Counted from the first letter of the stretch, positions 11,901 to 25,841 are shown. The stretch: DNA of 62,554 nt from Rhynchobatus australiae (GCA_034780895.1 JAUZTB010000076.1:76246395-76308948); one strand, 5' to 3'. Numbers and translations are program-made. Notes: a model not told the origin generated them from the letters alone.

Positions 11901-12289
11901 AATTTTTCATCTTTTCTCACATCAGCCCATCAAGTCTATGTTTTCTTATAGAGTAATCCCATTCTCCCACTTTTTTCTCTGTAACCTATTCTGTCATGCC
12001 CATCAACTCAACTTTGATCCTTCTACCACCCACCTACCCTAGGTAATATGTAGTAGCCAATTAATCTACCAACCAGAATGTCTTTGGAATTGAAAGTTTA
12101 CAGGAGCACCCAGGGGAAACCCATGCAATGGAAGAACTGCCTTGGATTCCATTAGTAGGGATAAATCAGCAAGTGGAAAAAGTTTGGTTCATTCCCCCAG
12201 TCAAAATAAATCAAATTTGAATCTTCATGGCACACAAATCATTATCTCCTCCAAGTTATGCAAGGAGCTCACTAAGATTGATGCCATCT

Positions 12290-13150
12290 GTTCAGCTACA
12301 TCTGCCATTTTCCTTGCTCCACTTGGTTGTTGGTCTGCCTCCCCCTAAAAAATATTAACCTGAGTCTTCAGTATTTTTCCTCCTGTGTTCTCTCCCATTT
12401 CACCTTATTCAGGAGACCTACCTCCTGTTCTCTCAACCATGTTCTAAACAAGCTGTTGGCCACCCAGTTTCATTTCCAGGTGCCCAGGTTAGCTGATACA
12501 ATATATGCTTCTCACTTATCTGGCACTGTCCCATTCACTTTAAAATTTGCCATCCTCCCCAACTTCAAAAAAAAAGCACCTTTGACCCCTATGTCTTTGC
12601 AAATTACTGATCTATCTCCAACGTACTATTGCGTCCCAAATTTGTGCCTGGCTTTGCAAAAATTCTGACTTCTCACACTTCTGAATCATTTCTGCCCTGA
12701 AGTAGTATTTATTATAGTCATAGTTGGCATTTTACATGACCTTCAGTTTGCTAAACAATTCCCCATTGTCATCCAGTGAGAGGTTTTGCAGCAATTCAGC
12801 ATACCACCAATGTCACTTCTCCATCATTGGATTGCCCCCACTGATTACGTTGTCTTTCTGTGAATGGCCAAGTAACCCACAAGCTCCCTTTCGTTTCCCC
12901 AGGGGATCCATTCAGAGGCTCCCATTCCTCATCTACATGTTGACCCTTGGCAGAATTAACCAAAACCACATCAATTCTACTGTTGAAGAACAGCATCCAG
13001 TTTCATTTCAGCACCACTTCTCCCAAACATTCCACTACCATCATTTGTCTGATATTCAGTACTCAATAATGAAATATATCCTCCCGTTAAATATATTCAG
13101 TACTCGGTGACCATGAGTATCCATTAGTTGAATACAGGAAAGATGGAGCC
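12290..13150 (+). mobile_element. Decayed L2-type LINE fragment
   Basis: cttcaaaaaaaaagcacctttgacccc...ccccaggggatcc...ttcctcatctacatg resemble L2 RT motifs. Confidence 0.55.
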
Positions 13151-13344
13151 TTTGTATTTGGCCCCTACCAAAGTCAAAATAGAGTTTATTATCATATGCA
13201 CAAGTGCAATGAAAAACCAACTTTCAGCAGCAGCACAGGCACATAGCATGCAAGTTTTTCCTCAATTCTATTCCCCTGTCATTGATTTTAGCCCTTTCTC
13301 CAGCCACTGTCTGAGACTAACCTCAGCCATTTTATATTTAAGTC

Positions 13345-13601
13345 AGAGGCAAGAGATTTAAAAGGGACATCAGGAGCAACTTCTTCACACCGAGGGTGGT
13401 GCATATTTGGAATGGGCTGCCAGAAATAGTGGTTGAGGTGGGCACATTAGCAACAAATAAAAGCCATCTAGATAAAAGCATGGATAGGAGAGGTTTAGAG
13501 GGCTATGGACTAAACACAGGCAGATGGAACTAGCTCACTGGGCAACACAGTTGGCATAGATGAGTTGGGCTGAAGGGCCTGTTTCCATGCTATATGACTC
13601 T
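13345..13601 (+). mobile_element. CR1-type LINE 3' end
   Basis: ttcttcacaccgagggtggtgcatatttggaatgggctgccag...gggctgaagggcctgtttccatgctatatgactct. Confidence 0.85.
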
Positions 13602-14070
13602 AACCTTGTTAACTTTTTCGTGCTGATTTTCCAACTCCACATACTGTGTGCCGCCAAGAATGCCTATTGCCATTTTAAAAACTGGCCAAACCATCCCTAA
13701 TTTAGCTCCTTTGCTGATGCTCTTATCCATGCTTTTGTTACACCTAGACCCAACTTCCAGATGCTGCCCTAGTCAGCTTCCCACTCTTGTCAAGTCCCCT
13801 TCATGTGTAGTCCTTGCGTTGACTGACCTGCATTTGTTCCAGATCTGGGGGGGGTCTAAATTCCAGTATTCTCTTCTTATCCACCTGCTGACCCTTGGCA
13901 ACAGTACTTGTATTCCAAGACAAATTTTTCATAAAGGGTTGATGTCTGTTGTTATTTCCTGAGTTAACAATAGCGGACTTGAAGCAGGGAATCAACAGTA
14001 TTGGTTCACACTGTAGTTCTAGTTTGCATCGAGTGGTCTAAATCTAACTTTTCTGTGGGTTTTCTTTCAG

Positions 14071-14121
14071 CGAAGATGTCAAGAAAACTAAGCTTGCCAA
14101 CTGAACTGAAGCCTGATTTGG
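14071..14121 (+). CDS. STXBP5: Tomosyn-1 internal 51-nt exon, (A)KMSRKLSLPTELKPDL(D); alternatively spliced in mammals
   Basis: Acceptor tttctttcag, donor G|gtgagt, branch point ctaac at 14044-14048. Phase 1-1, 17 codons. Peptide matches recalled tomosyn-1 AKMSRKLSLPTDLKPDLD. Confidence 0.92.
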
Positions 14122-17100
14122 GTGAGTGTGAAGACTTGCACCACCTAGTGTGGAAATGTTCTTTCTATGATTATTTTGTTTGCTTAAAACCAGAAACAAC
14201 GAGTAGGCAAAGTACCTGCCAACGAGCTCCTCTTTCCCATTGTCACAGTTACACCAGGGTGTTCAAGTTCTGTTCCGTAGGCACCAAACTTTGTGCTTGA
14301 GACTGACCTTAAAGAAGCAGAAAACAGCCCAAAATATGATTTATTATTTTTCAGTGACTAGATAATGTGGGTTCTGAGTATACAGGCAGCAAGGTTTAGG
14401 GTTCAGGTTTGCCCCAGTCAAGATGCATTGCAAAAAGTAGTCAAGATTTCACAGTACCTCACATCCGCAAAGTTTCCATCACTGAGAAGAACAAGGGCAT
14501 GAAAGCTCCGTCATTCCTGACTTGGCACCATTGTGGAAGCATCTTCATCACATTGACTGTAATTGTTCAGGAAGAAGCCCACTACTACAAGGTCAACTAG
14601 GCTGAGAAATAAATGTCAGTCTCCTCAGTGACATCCTCAGCTTTGATTGTTATTCAGTCGATGAGTTACTCAGTGCATGAAGAACCAAGATCCTTGCATT
14701 AATGGCCACAAGCAAGATATTAGAGGAGCTTTGAATCATTCATGACACCAGCTTAACAGTTTACACTCGTGACACCTGCTGTGCTTAAGGTGCCACTTTG
14801 GTATCACTTTCCACTAAATTGCAGATGGTTTTGTGCCGCAGGCTGGAATTCCAGTTGGGCTACTGCAGTTCATTTCATTTTAGAGCCTGACCACAGACAT
14901 ATCCTTTGGGCTTTAATTCTACTAACCATAATTGGATTGAAACCTGAACGTCATTGGTGATATTTTCACTCTGCACCCATTCAATCATCTTCTCCTGATC
15001 AGAGCCCCTGCAGCTCAAGGTGATAAATGGAATAGATGGAAGTCAGAACATTCGATTTAATCCATGACATCAGAACAGGATATTTTCCTTGCATGTTATA
15101 AACTTGGGCTGTTCTGTTTTGAATCTTCAGCTATTAAGAAGCTAAAATTTCAACAGTTGTTTAATCTGCATTTAAACAGCCAATTTGTCAATTTAAACAA
15201 CAAATAAGTTTCTTGGCTCTTCCTGTCCAGGAAATAGAGCCAAGTGGATTCATGAGCAAAATACTGCAATTGAATTAAATGCCTTGAGGTCGCATTTTTC
15301 TTGTGACCTTAGAAAATGGGAATTCTTTTCCTATTGTTAGCCCCTTTATGGGGCTTACTGCTCTCCTTGAACTTTGTTGGCATCTGTCGCTCAACTGCCA
15401 GTTATGTCACTTGATTGCATCACTTCCAATTTAATTAACAGAAAAATGCTTCTATTCACAATATAACATAGTGAATACTTCTTTCTCCAAAAGAGGCTTG
15501 TGTTATTACTGTTGCTGGAGATCTGTTGTCAACGCCACCTCAATGATTTCCTGCTTCATATTGCCAGCTTCCGATCGCTATAAACAGTTTCTAACATTTC
15601 TGAATGTAGAGCATCTGCTGCACCAATCTATTTGTTGGCTGCTCATAATCTTTTCTGTTTAACAGCAACTGCAGATATCTGGGAATTTATGAGTGTTAAA
15701 GAATTAACATTTTAGATAAGGTAGAGCTTTGGGAGTTCCATGAATCTTGTAATCTGACCAATCCTTTAGCAGTTATACTGCCTCTTTAGCTTAAGTTATA
15801 CTGCACTTTATTTGCTGAATGATGAAGTGGTATCAGTGTGCGAGTTTCTGATTTCTGATGAGAGGAGTGAAATTACAAAGAGGAACACAGCAGAGAGGAG
15901 GTAGAATGTAGTTCATTAGATCGTGGTTGACTTTGCTCAGATGTAAATAATGGAGCGTTTGGTATGGAATTTTGCATGTCCTCGAGGAGACTGTACTCTG
16001 CATTTCTTTGATTGAAGCCAAATATTCCAAAGAGCTTTGTGCTCTGCAGGCCGAGACCGCGAACGATGACATGGCCGCCTGGTNNNNNNNNNNNNNNNNN
16101 GCCCATCTTGCTGCTTTGTTAGTCAGGTTCTTAATTAGCTCCCACATCTTTTAAAATACATTCTTAGTACAACAAAAAATATTTTAAAATATTTTTGAAA
16201 TGCTTTTACAGCTATATGGAAAAGAGGCATCTATTTTGGACACAGGAAAATACCTGAAGTGGTAACAAGCAGTGCCACAAACACAGGTTGAGGGATAAAT
16301 AATGGAAAAACGCTGTTCTTCAATGCCAATGATCTTTTGCCTATATGAATAGGGCAGACAAGGCTTCATTTCAATTTTTCATCCAAGGGGTAGCACCTCA
16401 CTGCTACAGGGGTGTCAGATTAATGCTGAGTCATGAAGATGATGGGTTCATCTTCTGCAATGCTGTGCAACCTCTGGAATGGCTTCCATCACCATTTGCA
16501 GCCAGAAACTATCTCACTTTTAAGAGGTGCAGGTCTGGATTTAGTTATCATTGCTAGGCCCAACTGGTGTTGGCCAACCATGAGGATGACTGGTTGCTCC
16601 AACATGGTGAAGTCACCGCATGAATTTTGCATGCTCAACCATTCTCTTGGGCTGCTTAAATGTTATGAGTTCTGTGCCCATTTTCTACTGCTGCCCAATT
16701 TCACCATACCATGTTTTTGAAAATGCTCCAGTTCTTTAGGGCTTCTCTTGGCCCATGCTACTCATCTCAGTGTTGTATCTGAAATTATATATCAGGGCTT
16801 GGATTCACTGTTTAACAATTTCATCTGAAAGCTACCAATGTTGAAGTTTCAGATTTTTTGCTGTTGTTGATTAATTTGTAGGTTATTCACAAGAGCTGTC
16901 TTAAAATTTGTTTCTTAAGGGCTCCTTGATGCACACAATTGAGAAGCAGTCATTTCGTCCTTAAATTCTAGGATATAGTTGAGGTCAGCATTCCTCATCC
17001 TTGATTGCCTTTGAAGGTGCCAGTGAGCTCCTGCCTGGAAATCACCTATAATAATTGAAGGATATTACTAATTTAAGTAATGGTTACCATCTTCCCTCAG

Positions 17101-17741
17101 TTATATTCAGTATTCGTAGTATCAAGCCATCTATCTAGTGGGTGTTTATCTAACTGTTGTTCACTTAGTCCATTATACAATAAACAGAATGAATTGGGAG
17201 AGTTTTAAATTTTTATTTAATTTTACTGCAATGTTCATTTTAGCTTCAACTATGACACACCCTTCAACTTTTTTTTTGACACTTTTCTGAATCATTTTAG
17301 ATGACTTTTTGTTTACACTTTGAATTAGCCTATTTTTCCCCATGATAGTTATTGGTTTAGACTTAAATTGTTTTAATGTGAAAGAGTAGAACCATTTTAT
17401 TAAATGTTATAGATATGAAGAGCTTAGAAGTTTGTATTTTCTTAAAAGAACTATGCCTTTGTTTTCTCTGCCATCCCAGGGCCCTTGTCAGTTGGAGAGA
17501 TGTCAGTGGTGTGTAATGGAACAGCTTTCCATTTTGGGCATAAGTAATCAACAGATAGTAATTCAAAGGTCAAATATAGAGAAGCAGACAGAAACCTAAG
17601 GAAGCAAGAAACTGAGACAACAGAGGAAGACTTGGTTCAAAATCATAAAGCCAATCTGCTGCAAAATATTGTCCATCTCCAAATTGGCAAAATCCCTAAG
17701 GCTTGGATAACTTCAATGAAAAATGAACTCATCTAATGTTA

Positions 17742-17951
17742 TAGCAACAACAATCTGCTGGAAGAACTCAGCGGGTCAAGCAGCATCTGTGGGAGGAAAG
17801 AAATTGTCGAAGTTTCTGATCGAAACACTATCAGGTTACCAACCGAAACATCGACAATTCCTTTCTTCCCACAGATGCTGCTCAACCAGTTGAGTTCCTC
17901 CAGCAGATTGCTTGTTGCTCCAGATTCCGGCATCTGCAGTCTCTTGTGCCT
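17742..17951. mobile_element. Fold-back Penelope-like-derived insertion with 14-bp TSD (1 mismatch)
   Basis: ctcatc(t/a)aatgtta at 17728-17741 and 17952-17965. Inverted arms of about 75 bp. Confidence 0.8.
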
Positions 17952-18479
17952 CTCATCAAATGTTAGTTATGTTCTCAGCTATTCTTTCTGCATATTTGGG
18001 TAGATTATATGATGAAGGTAGAATTCACCCAGTCATATTAATTTATTATGCATTTGGAGTGTCAAGTGAGATAGTCATGACATAATTAAGTTTACTATTT
18101 TGAAACATAATATTTATTCTTGAAACAAAGCATCTATTTCAATAAATCAAACTGCAAAAAAACTGGAATTCCAGTACTTGGGTCAAGTGACATCATACTG
18201 CTCTCTTTCAAGAGGTCCATTTTTTGAGTGTTTCTGCCATTTTTTTTGTTTCATCTTAGTAATTTGCTCCAAGTTGTTGTTTATCTTTTGATCAGTATTT
18301 AAAAAGAGAGATGGGCTGAAGTATTGGATTTACAAAAATTTTTCAAGATAAAAATGCAAGCTTAATGCAAGTCCTCATCGTCACATTGGTGGTATAACTG
18401 CAGGATGTTAAGGGATAACAATTGCAAAGCTTCCATAAGCTTTAATGTAATAAGACATTGCATTGCACCTCGGGAGTGT

Positions 18480-19800
18480 TAACATACAAAATTTGATACT
18501 GAACCTTGTAAGGTGGTGCTGTGGAAGATAACCAAAGTTTGATCATCAAAGAAGATTTTAAGCAGCATCTANNNNNNNNNNNNNNNNNNNNNNNNNNNNN
18601 NNNNNNNNNNNNNNNNNNNNNNNNNNNNNNNNNNNNNNNNNNNNNNNNNNNNNNNNNNNNNNNNNNNNNNNGCATCTAAAGGAGGAAAGAGTAGTCAGAA
18701 AATGGATAGAATTCGGGAGGGGATTGGAGTCGTAGATTTGTACAGCACAGAAACAAGCCCCTCAGCCCACCACATCCATGCTGATCATTGTATTTAGCTA
18801 TATTAATCTCATTTACCCACACTTGGTCCATTGTCATTGGTCCATGGAATTCCAGAGCTCTTGGGCCTCAGCAGCTGATGGCACAGCTCGCAAAAGTGGA
18901 GCTATTAAAATCAACAATATTCAAAGCACCAGCATTAGAGGAGCAACACTATTGTGGAGACTGTATGGAAGCAATTACAAGTAAGGAGGTGAAGCTATAC
19001 AGGGATTTGAAATTGACGATGAGAATTTTAAAACTGAGACAGTGCTCAATCAGGAACCAAAGGTGATTAGTGAATGGCACTTGTACAAATTAGGTCACGG
19101 AGTTTTAGATGAACTGAAATTTTTAGAGTGTAGAACATAAGAGGAATAGTTGGAATGGATAGTCTAGAGTTAATAAAGTCAATAGAGCAGTTGATGCAGG
19201 AATGGAGTCAGCAATGTTACAGAAGTAAAAATAGACTGTCTAAGCAAAGGTATGGCTGTTATGTTCAATTGAGTTTATTTTAACACTAAATTCCGTAGTC
19301 TAGTTCAGCCTCAGAGGGAAGATGTTGGGTCATTTGCCATGGAACAGTTTGTTTTGGGGAATAATGAAAATGTTATTGATTTTCCCAATACTAGAGAAGT
19401 TCTTTACACAAACGGCACCAGATGTTAGTCAGGGAGACAATGAAGAGCTTGAGAGACTGGTGGTGATCCAGAGTTGGTGTATTGTCAATATGCATGTGAA
19501 ACTGATGCTTTGTTTTCAGATTATGTTCCAGAGAGACAATGTGTAGATGCGAAATCAGAGAAAATTTAAGGGTGGATTCTTGAGGGAAGATAAAGATAAG
19601 GATGCGGGAACAGAAGCAGTTGCAAGCAATTCCTTGAGATGAGAATGATACGAACCAAGTGCATTTCTATCCAGTTTATGGGGATGGTGTGGACAACCAT
19701 TTTAGAAGTTGCAGACAGATTGAGAAAGGTGAGGAGGGATTGTTTATATAAACAATTAGTTATACAAAATCATTTTAGCAATAGCCATTTGACATGGGGT
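18480..19800 (-). mobile_element. Decayed L2-type LINE fragments
   Basis: tttaagcagcatct/aaaggaggaaaga...atgagaattttaaa, antisense L2-like 3' region. A related fragment lies at ~35760-36350. Confidence 0.5.
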
Positions 19801-19840
19801 AGCAGTTGCAGTAAAACAGGGATTGGCAATGCAGTTCAGT

Positions 19841-19970
19841 GGTGGTTATAACTGCAGGATACAAATGTCATTTGATGGCGGTGTAACTGCAGGGTAACAA
19901 TGTGATATGACAGTAATGATATAACTGCAGGGTGACAATATAGTGTGGCGGAGGGGGTGCACCTGCAAGT
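19841..19970 (+). repeat. Degenerate tandem repeat, ~36-38 bp unit with core tataactgcagg, about 3-4 copies
   Basis: tataactgcaggatacaa / tgtaactgcagggtaacaa / tataactgcagggtgacaa. An isolated unit also occurs near 18389. Confidence 0.7.
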
Positions 19971-22086
19971 TGGTGGTATTTGATGGTTGTATAAATGTAG
20001 TTGACAATAGTGACCTAACTAGGGAAAGAACTAGTTTGACATTCGCTTTTTTTTCTCTTGTCTGTGGGACTTTATCAGTGAAAACTACAATATATGTCCT
20101 TAAATATGATATTGCTTTTCATTGTTTTGGAGGGAAAAGGGCTTTTTTTTTAAAGATAAAGATATAGGACTAATTCCCATTCTCACTCTCTGCCAATGAT
20201 AGAGCTTGGATTTGGGTCAAAGAACAGAAACCAATGCCTTAATCATCACCTGGAAAAAACAAAGCCGTTTAAAAACAATGTTTGGAGTATGACTTCTCTG
20301 TATATGCATTTCACTAGTAAGACTTTTCTGAAAAACTTGATAATAGGTCTAAGGCATTGAATCAATCCTTGATTAAAATGCATGTACATCTTGGATGTTA
20401 ATTTTCTATCACTAATGGATCTTTTCTGCAAAATTAATTTCCAATTATCTGTCATTGAGTTAAGATTCATTTAAACTTCTGCCATTAGGTTTCTGATGTG
20501 CTGAAAAAATCAATGAAATTAAGCATAATTTCTCATCTAGAATGTGTACTGGAATTATGCACATTGTACATATAAATGTCTTTTTTGGAAGGAGGTGCTT
20601 CATACACAGTCAGATCTCTCTAATCCATATTCGACAGCAGGGACCTCTTGCAATTTCCATTACCAAATTACACCTCATTTTTTTCTTTCTTAACCTGTGC
20701 AAATTATACTTCAGTCTAGATTTGTGTTCAGTGGCTGTAATTTCAGGGCTTTCTGAATCCATGCACAGATAAGTTGGAGAGGGATTCAGCAGTTTGCAGT
20801 GACCAAAATTCAGTGGCTTGGTACCGTGCAGAAGTAAATCTTTACACACACTTGGGGACAGAGGTCCAATTAGATTTCTTCTCGTAGAAGAGGCTATGCA
20901 CAGTAAAATCCATGACAGGGCTTGGTAATAGTTCAGGATCCATGCTCTCCAAGTATATGCTGTTGCTTTAGTGAGAGGCCTTTCTTAAATGTTTAATTAA
21001 AGCAACATTTTTTATTAACTCCTTTTCCCTCTATGTGTCAACTCATCCCTACTTGTAATAAATCTGGGTTGCTTTCCAGTTAATTGAGTAGTTAATTGAC
21101 TAGATTTATGGACCATTGACCCAGAGACCCGAGTTTGAATGGTACCATTACCTCAATTAAAATTGAAGTAATGGAATAAAATCTGATGAACTGGTTTCAG
21201 AAACTGTAACCATGCAACTTCTGGATTGTGAGAATAACCCAATAAGTTCGCTGATGTCAGGTTTCCTTCTCTGAAGGACATCTGTACCTGGTCTGACATA
21301 TGTAAGAATTTAGAGCAACCAATGCCATGGATTCTTATCTGTCTCCTCTGTTTGGAAGCATCAGGATGGATAATAAATACCACCCTTGACAGTGATGTCT
21401 ACATCTTTTGAATAGATAATAAAGAATGGAAAGTCACTGTTGACTGACATTGAGTGCTAGTGAGATGTATCCCAATCAAGTTATTTAGAACATCTACTTC
21501 AAAACTAGAGAAATACCCCACCGCTTGCAGATGATCCAAAGGAGCTACTTTGGTGCAATCTTTAACCCTGATCTACTGAATCACAAGGATCAAAATACAG
21601 GCAAATACACTCCAGACACCAGCATGACTTGGTTTAACCCTTAAAACTAACATTGCCAAGGAAGATCATGAATTAATTTATTGATCCTCCAGTAGGTAAA
21701 GTGCATATTTATAAAATAAATATGCAGCAGTTCAAAATTCACAGAGAAAGACAAAAGCACATCAAATGCAGAAATGCTGGGGACTTTGAAGATGAGGAGT
21801 AGAATTTCTAATAAATTATTTTATCTGACATCGAGACCAAATTTGTATTCCACTTGTCTATATTTACTGCCATCACGTTTTCCCAAAACATCTGGATTAA
21901 CAGATCTGACTGTTAAACTTTTATTTCAACAAATCAACCAAATGAAAGTGGTTTAAAATATAAAATTGCATTATGAAAGTCCAGATATGGACAGATAATG
22001 CCTCGATAATTTTAAATGATTGTATCCTGATTTTTCTTCTCTTCTGTATCAATAATGGCTTTTCATTTCTCCTATTTCAAAATTAG

Positions 22087-22326
22087 ATGTGAGAGATAAC
22101 TCTTTCAGCCGTTCCCGCAGTTCCAGTGTTACCAGCATTGACAAGGAATCTCGAGAGGCCATCACCGCTCTTCATTTCTCCGAGACTTATACCCGAAAGG
22201 CAGATACATGCACCTCACCATGTTTGTGGGTTGGGACAACACTTGGCACAGTATTGGTCATAGTACTGAATCTGCCACCCGGAGGAGATCAAAGACTTAC
22301 CCAGCCAGTCATTGTGTCTCCAAGTG
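22087..22326 (+). CDS. STXBP5: Tomosyn-1 exon (240 nt), DVRDNSFSRSRSSSVTSIDKESREA...PVIVSPSG
   Basis: aattag acceptor, G|gtaaga donor, phase 1-1. SSSVTSIDKESREA and CLWVGTTLGTVLVI fit tomosyn-1 better than tomosyn-2 (STXBP5L). Confidence 0.96.
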
Positions 22327-23882
22327 GTAAGAGAATTGGGCCGGTCATATTCCAAGTATACCTACAATATAGAGGCGAGAATAATAAAATGCTATAATGC
22401 TCCTATGAAATACCTTGAGACGTTCTGCAGGATTAAAGATGTTGTACAAATGCATGTTGTGGATTGGATGAGATAAAGGAAGGTTGGAAGAATAGCGTAA
22501 GAATTGAAAGGTAGCCTTTACTGTGCTATAACTTCTGTGTAAATAGAGCTCAAGTCTGGGGAGTGACCCCAAAACCTAACGGTTTATGGGAGGTGTTACC
22601 ACATTTGAATATCAAAAGTAGTTGTACATTTGGGAACTGGATGCCTTTACAGAGCGTGGCCTTTATGCTGATAAACTCTTTAAAGTTTGCTGACTCAGAT
22701 ATGTGGCACTTTCATCTATAGTGGGGCGTGTTCTAAACCTGAGCAGTTGGTTCTTCTGTCTTTATGCTAGTTATGACAAAACTTGATCCAGTTTCCCTTA
22801 CCTCATCTGCAGTTAGTTACAGTAGTGTTCTGCATTCCCTTCCCAATCATTCTGAGATTCTAATTATCTTTCCAAGCATCCCAAAATCTGTGCAATTTAT
22901 CTGTACTTTTTATGAGCTTCACTATACAGCAAATCCTTCAAGATCCTTTAATCTGCCATTCACTGGACATAACTAAGCCACCTGAGTCTTTGTTCTAATA
23001 ACCATTCCCATAAATGACAAAACAGCAAAATTTTAACACTNNNNNNNNNNNNNNNNNNCACATTCATTGAAGAGTTTTACAGAAATATGTATTATAAAAG
23101 CATTTGCCTTCTGGTATGTGAATATAGTAAATGAATTAGCAAATCAATCACTAAAACTTCTTTCATCATTCAGTTAAATTATGGTAATTCATTGTTTTCA
23201 CTGAACTTAATTCAACTATCCATTTTACCCTTTCCTATCAAAATTTATAATTTTCAGCTTAGACACTCTTTTGATAATCACTTCAAACCAACACACTAAC
23301 AGTCGTGGAATGTTTAAGTATTTATCAATGATTTAATTAATTGCCACCCCAATCTACCCCCCTGCAATACATGCAAAAAGCAAAGAACTGCAGACAAATG
23401 TTGGCAGAATTTGAGTGTTCTGATGAATTATGGATTCCATTCATTCTGAGAAGTTGCACTGAGAGATCATGTCCTCTCAAATCATAATCAGTTTACCAAG
23501 ATTTGCCTCCAGCAAGTACATAATACCACCTTTTCTAATTGATTTTTTTTTAAAGGAGGAGCTTTGACTTTTGCTTTCTTTGCTGGGGGTGCAGAGGGAA
23601 GTGGAGGATGCTGTTTAAGCTCAATGACCTTTTACCAGACGAGTTATCATCTTGAAATGTTAACCCTACTTTCCTCCAAGTTCTTCCTGATGCTATCTCT
23701 GGTATTTTAAGATTTCCAACAACTGCAATATTTTACTTTATCTCATGTGATGTCATGTAGCTTGTTGTGTACATTTAATGGAAGAGATGTAGCTTGTCTC
23801 TAACTACAGATAACAGTTGTATTGTGTGCTTTGCAGACTTTATGACAATACAATTTGATAGTGCATTTTATATCTTATACAG

Positions 23883-24252
23883 GGACTATCTTGAGACTAA
23901 AAGGAGCAATTTTGCGAATGGCATTCTTGGACACCACAGGAAGCCTCATCCATCCAGCACATGAACCGTGGAAAGAACCAAATGTACAGGAGGAGAAAGA
24001 TGAGAAAGATAAATGTAGGAAACTGAGACCTGTATCTGTCTCCCCCTCATCCTCTCAGGAGATAAGTGAAACCCAATATGCAGTGATATGTTCAGAAAAG
24101 CAGGCAAAGGTTATCTCACTGCCATCCCAAAACTGTGTTTATAAACACAACATAACTGAAACATCATTTGTTCTTCGTGCTGATATTGTGGGACTGAATG
24201 GGAGCATCTGCCTTGCATGCTTCTGTGCCAATGGACATATCATGACGTTCAG
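23883..24252 (+). CDS. STXBP5: Tomosyn-1 exon (370 nt), GTILRLKGAILRMAFLDTTG...CFCANGHIMTFS
   Basis: tacag acceptor, AG|gtaatt donor, phase 1-2. Close match to the tomosyn-1 second beta-propeller (Lgl-like) region. Confidence 0.96.
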
Positions 24253-25841
24253 GTAATTGAAATTGTGCTCATGGGCTAATAAACTGATTATAACTGGATG
24301 CTTCATGGTATCCACAATGTAGAAATTAAGATGTTTTAATGACATGGTAATATTTTGAAAGGCTATTGAAAGCTTTGTTCAATGGTTTTTTGTTGAGAAG
24401 AATGGATAGGTGTTCCTAATTTGATTTTATAAAGAAAATATAAATCTGAACATGATTCAGCTCTGTTCATTTGCAATACTCTTGTTCCTCAGTTAGCAGT
24501 TTGTGGCTTCAAGCTCTACTCCAATTCCTCAAGCGCACAATCATGTGTTGGGGTTCTGCATTGCTAGAGGTGACATTCTTTGAATGATACTGTGAATGAT
24601 ACTGTGTGTTCTTGTTAATCTGCAACGATTGCTCAAATAACAACCTCAAATAGGATTATGTTTGTGGGAGTTTGCTATAAATCGGTCAGTCACCTCAATT
24701 AGTGAAAAGCACCTGCAAACAGATTTTAAAATTACTTAACTGGCATGTGATGATTGAGGTTCTTTATAAATTCAGCTATTTTTCCTCAGTGCGCAAATGA
24801 ATGATCCCAGTGTCTCAGGAGACGTGAATTATTCTCAAATTCCTGCTGTTCTCAATTTTTACAAGAAATTACAACATGGAAGGGTGTATTTTCTTCCATT
24901 GTGCTGTGACAGTACACGGTTTCAGCTGCAGCTGTTAGCTAAAAACTATAAACTCTCAACCCAGTGTCTGTGTTCCATAGTTTTCCTTTTCACTTCTAAA
25001 CTAATTTTCCAGGAATTTTTCAGTGTTTGCCTTCTAAGTATTGAAGCTAGGTAAAAGAAAAGAAGAAAAGGGGGAGAATTTTTTTTTAAACTGCAGACTC
25101 TGTGCTTCCTATACAGTTGAAACTCAACTGTGTTTAGTCAAAAACTTCCACTCTGCCTTTACAACACACTCTCCCTTATGTGTATAATGGTAACAGACTT
25201 GAGTAAAGTACTTGATATGATTTCCTATCAGCATTCTACTCTTCCAAGCACCTGTCTTCCCATTTCTAGCAGGGTATAGATCAATGCCAATGGGGGTCCT
25301 CCTCTTCTCATTCTTCCTGCTCGAAGTTCCATCTCCTAACACTTCGGTAACTTCACTGCCATCTGCCAGTCTGGTGCTGCCCTGCACCCCATGCAGTGAA
25401 CTGCCTGATTGCCAATGTGGCCGTGCTGCTTGTGTTGATAGAGAAGCTTAAATCTTATTTTGAAGTACCCAGTAGTTTAACATAGTTAACGTAGATCTTT
25501 GTTCATTTGTCTTTATTTTACATTTGTGAATTATTTTGGTTTCAGATTTTGAGAAGCGTAATCACAGCAAGTTGTACTGAAATGATGATCTAATGATAGA
25601 TTATCACTAAAAATCGTGTAAAAGCTGGTAAATAATTGGTATAATATGATTNNNNNNNNNNNNNNNNNNNNNNGAGCCCCGTTTGTCCTAGTACATATTG
25701 TTCAATTTATAAGGCAATGCTGCCAGAATTCTTTTAATAGTTTAAGTGCAATGATCCAAATCCCTTTATGGTGAGATTGCCTCTCACCATTTTTAATCTG
25801 TTCTTTCCCGTGGATGTGCACCAAAGTACTAGGTTGGATGT

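Noticed and set aside
20500-20900. Possible additional cassette exon in unique-looking intronic sequence
   Set aside because: No convincing acceptor/donor pair giving an in-frame tomosyn-like peptide.
25124-25387. 87-aa minus-strand ORF in non-repetitive intronic sequence
   Set aside because: GTG start, no recognisable homology and no supporting splice structure.
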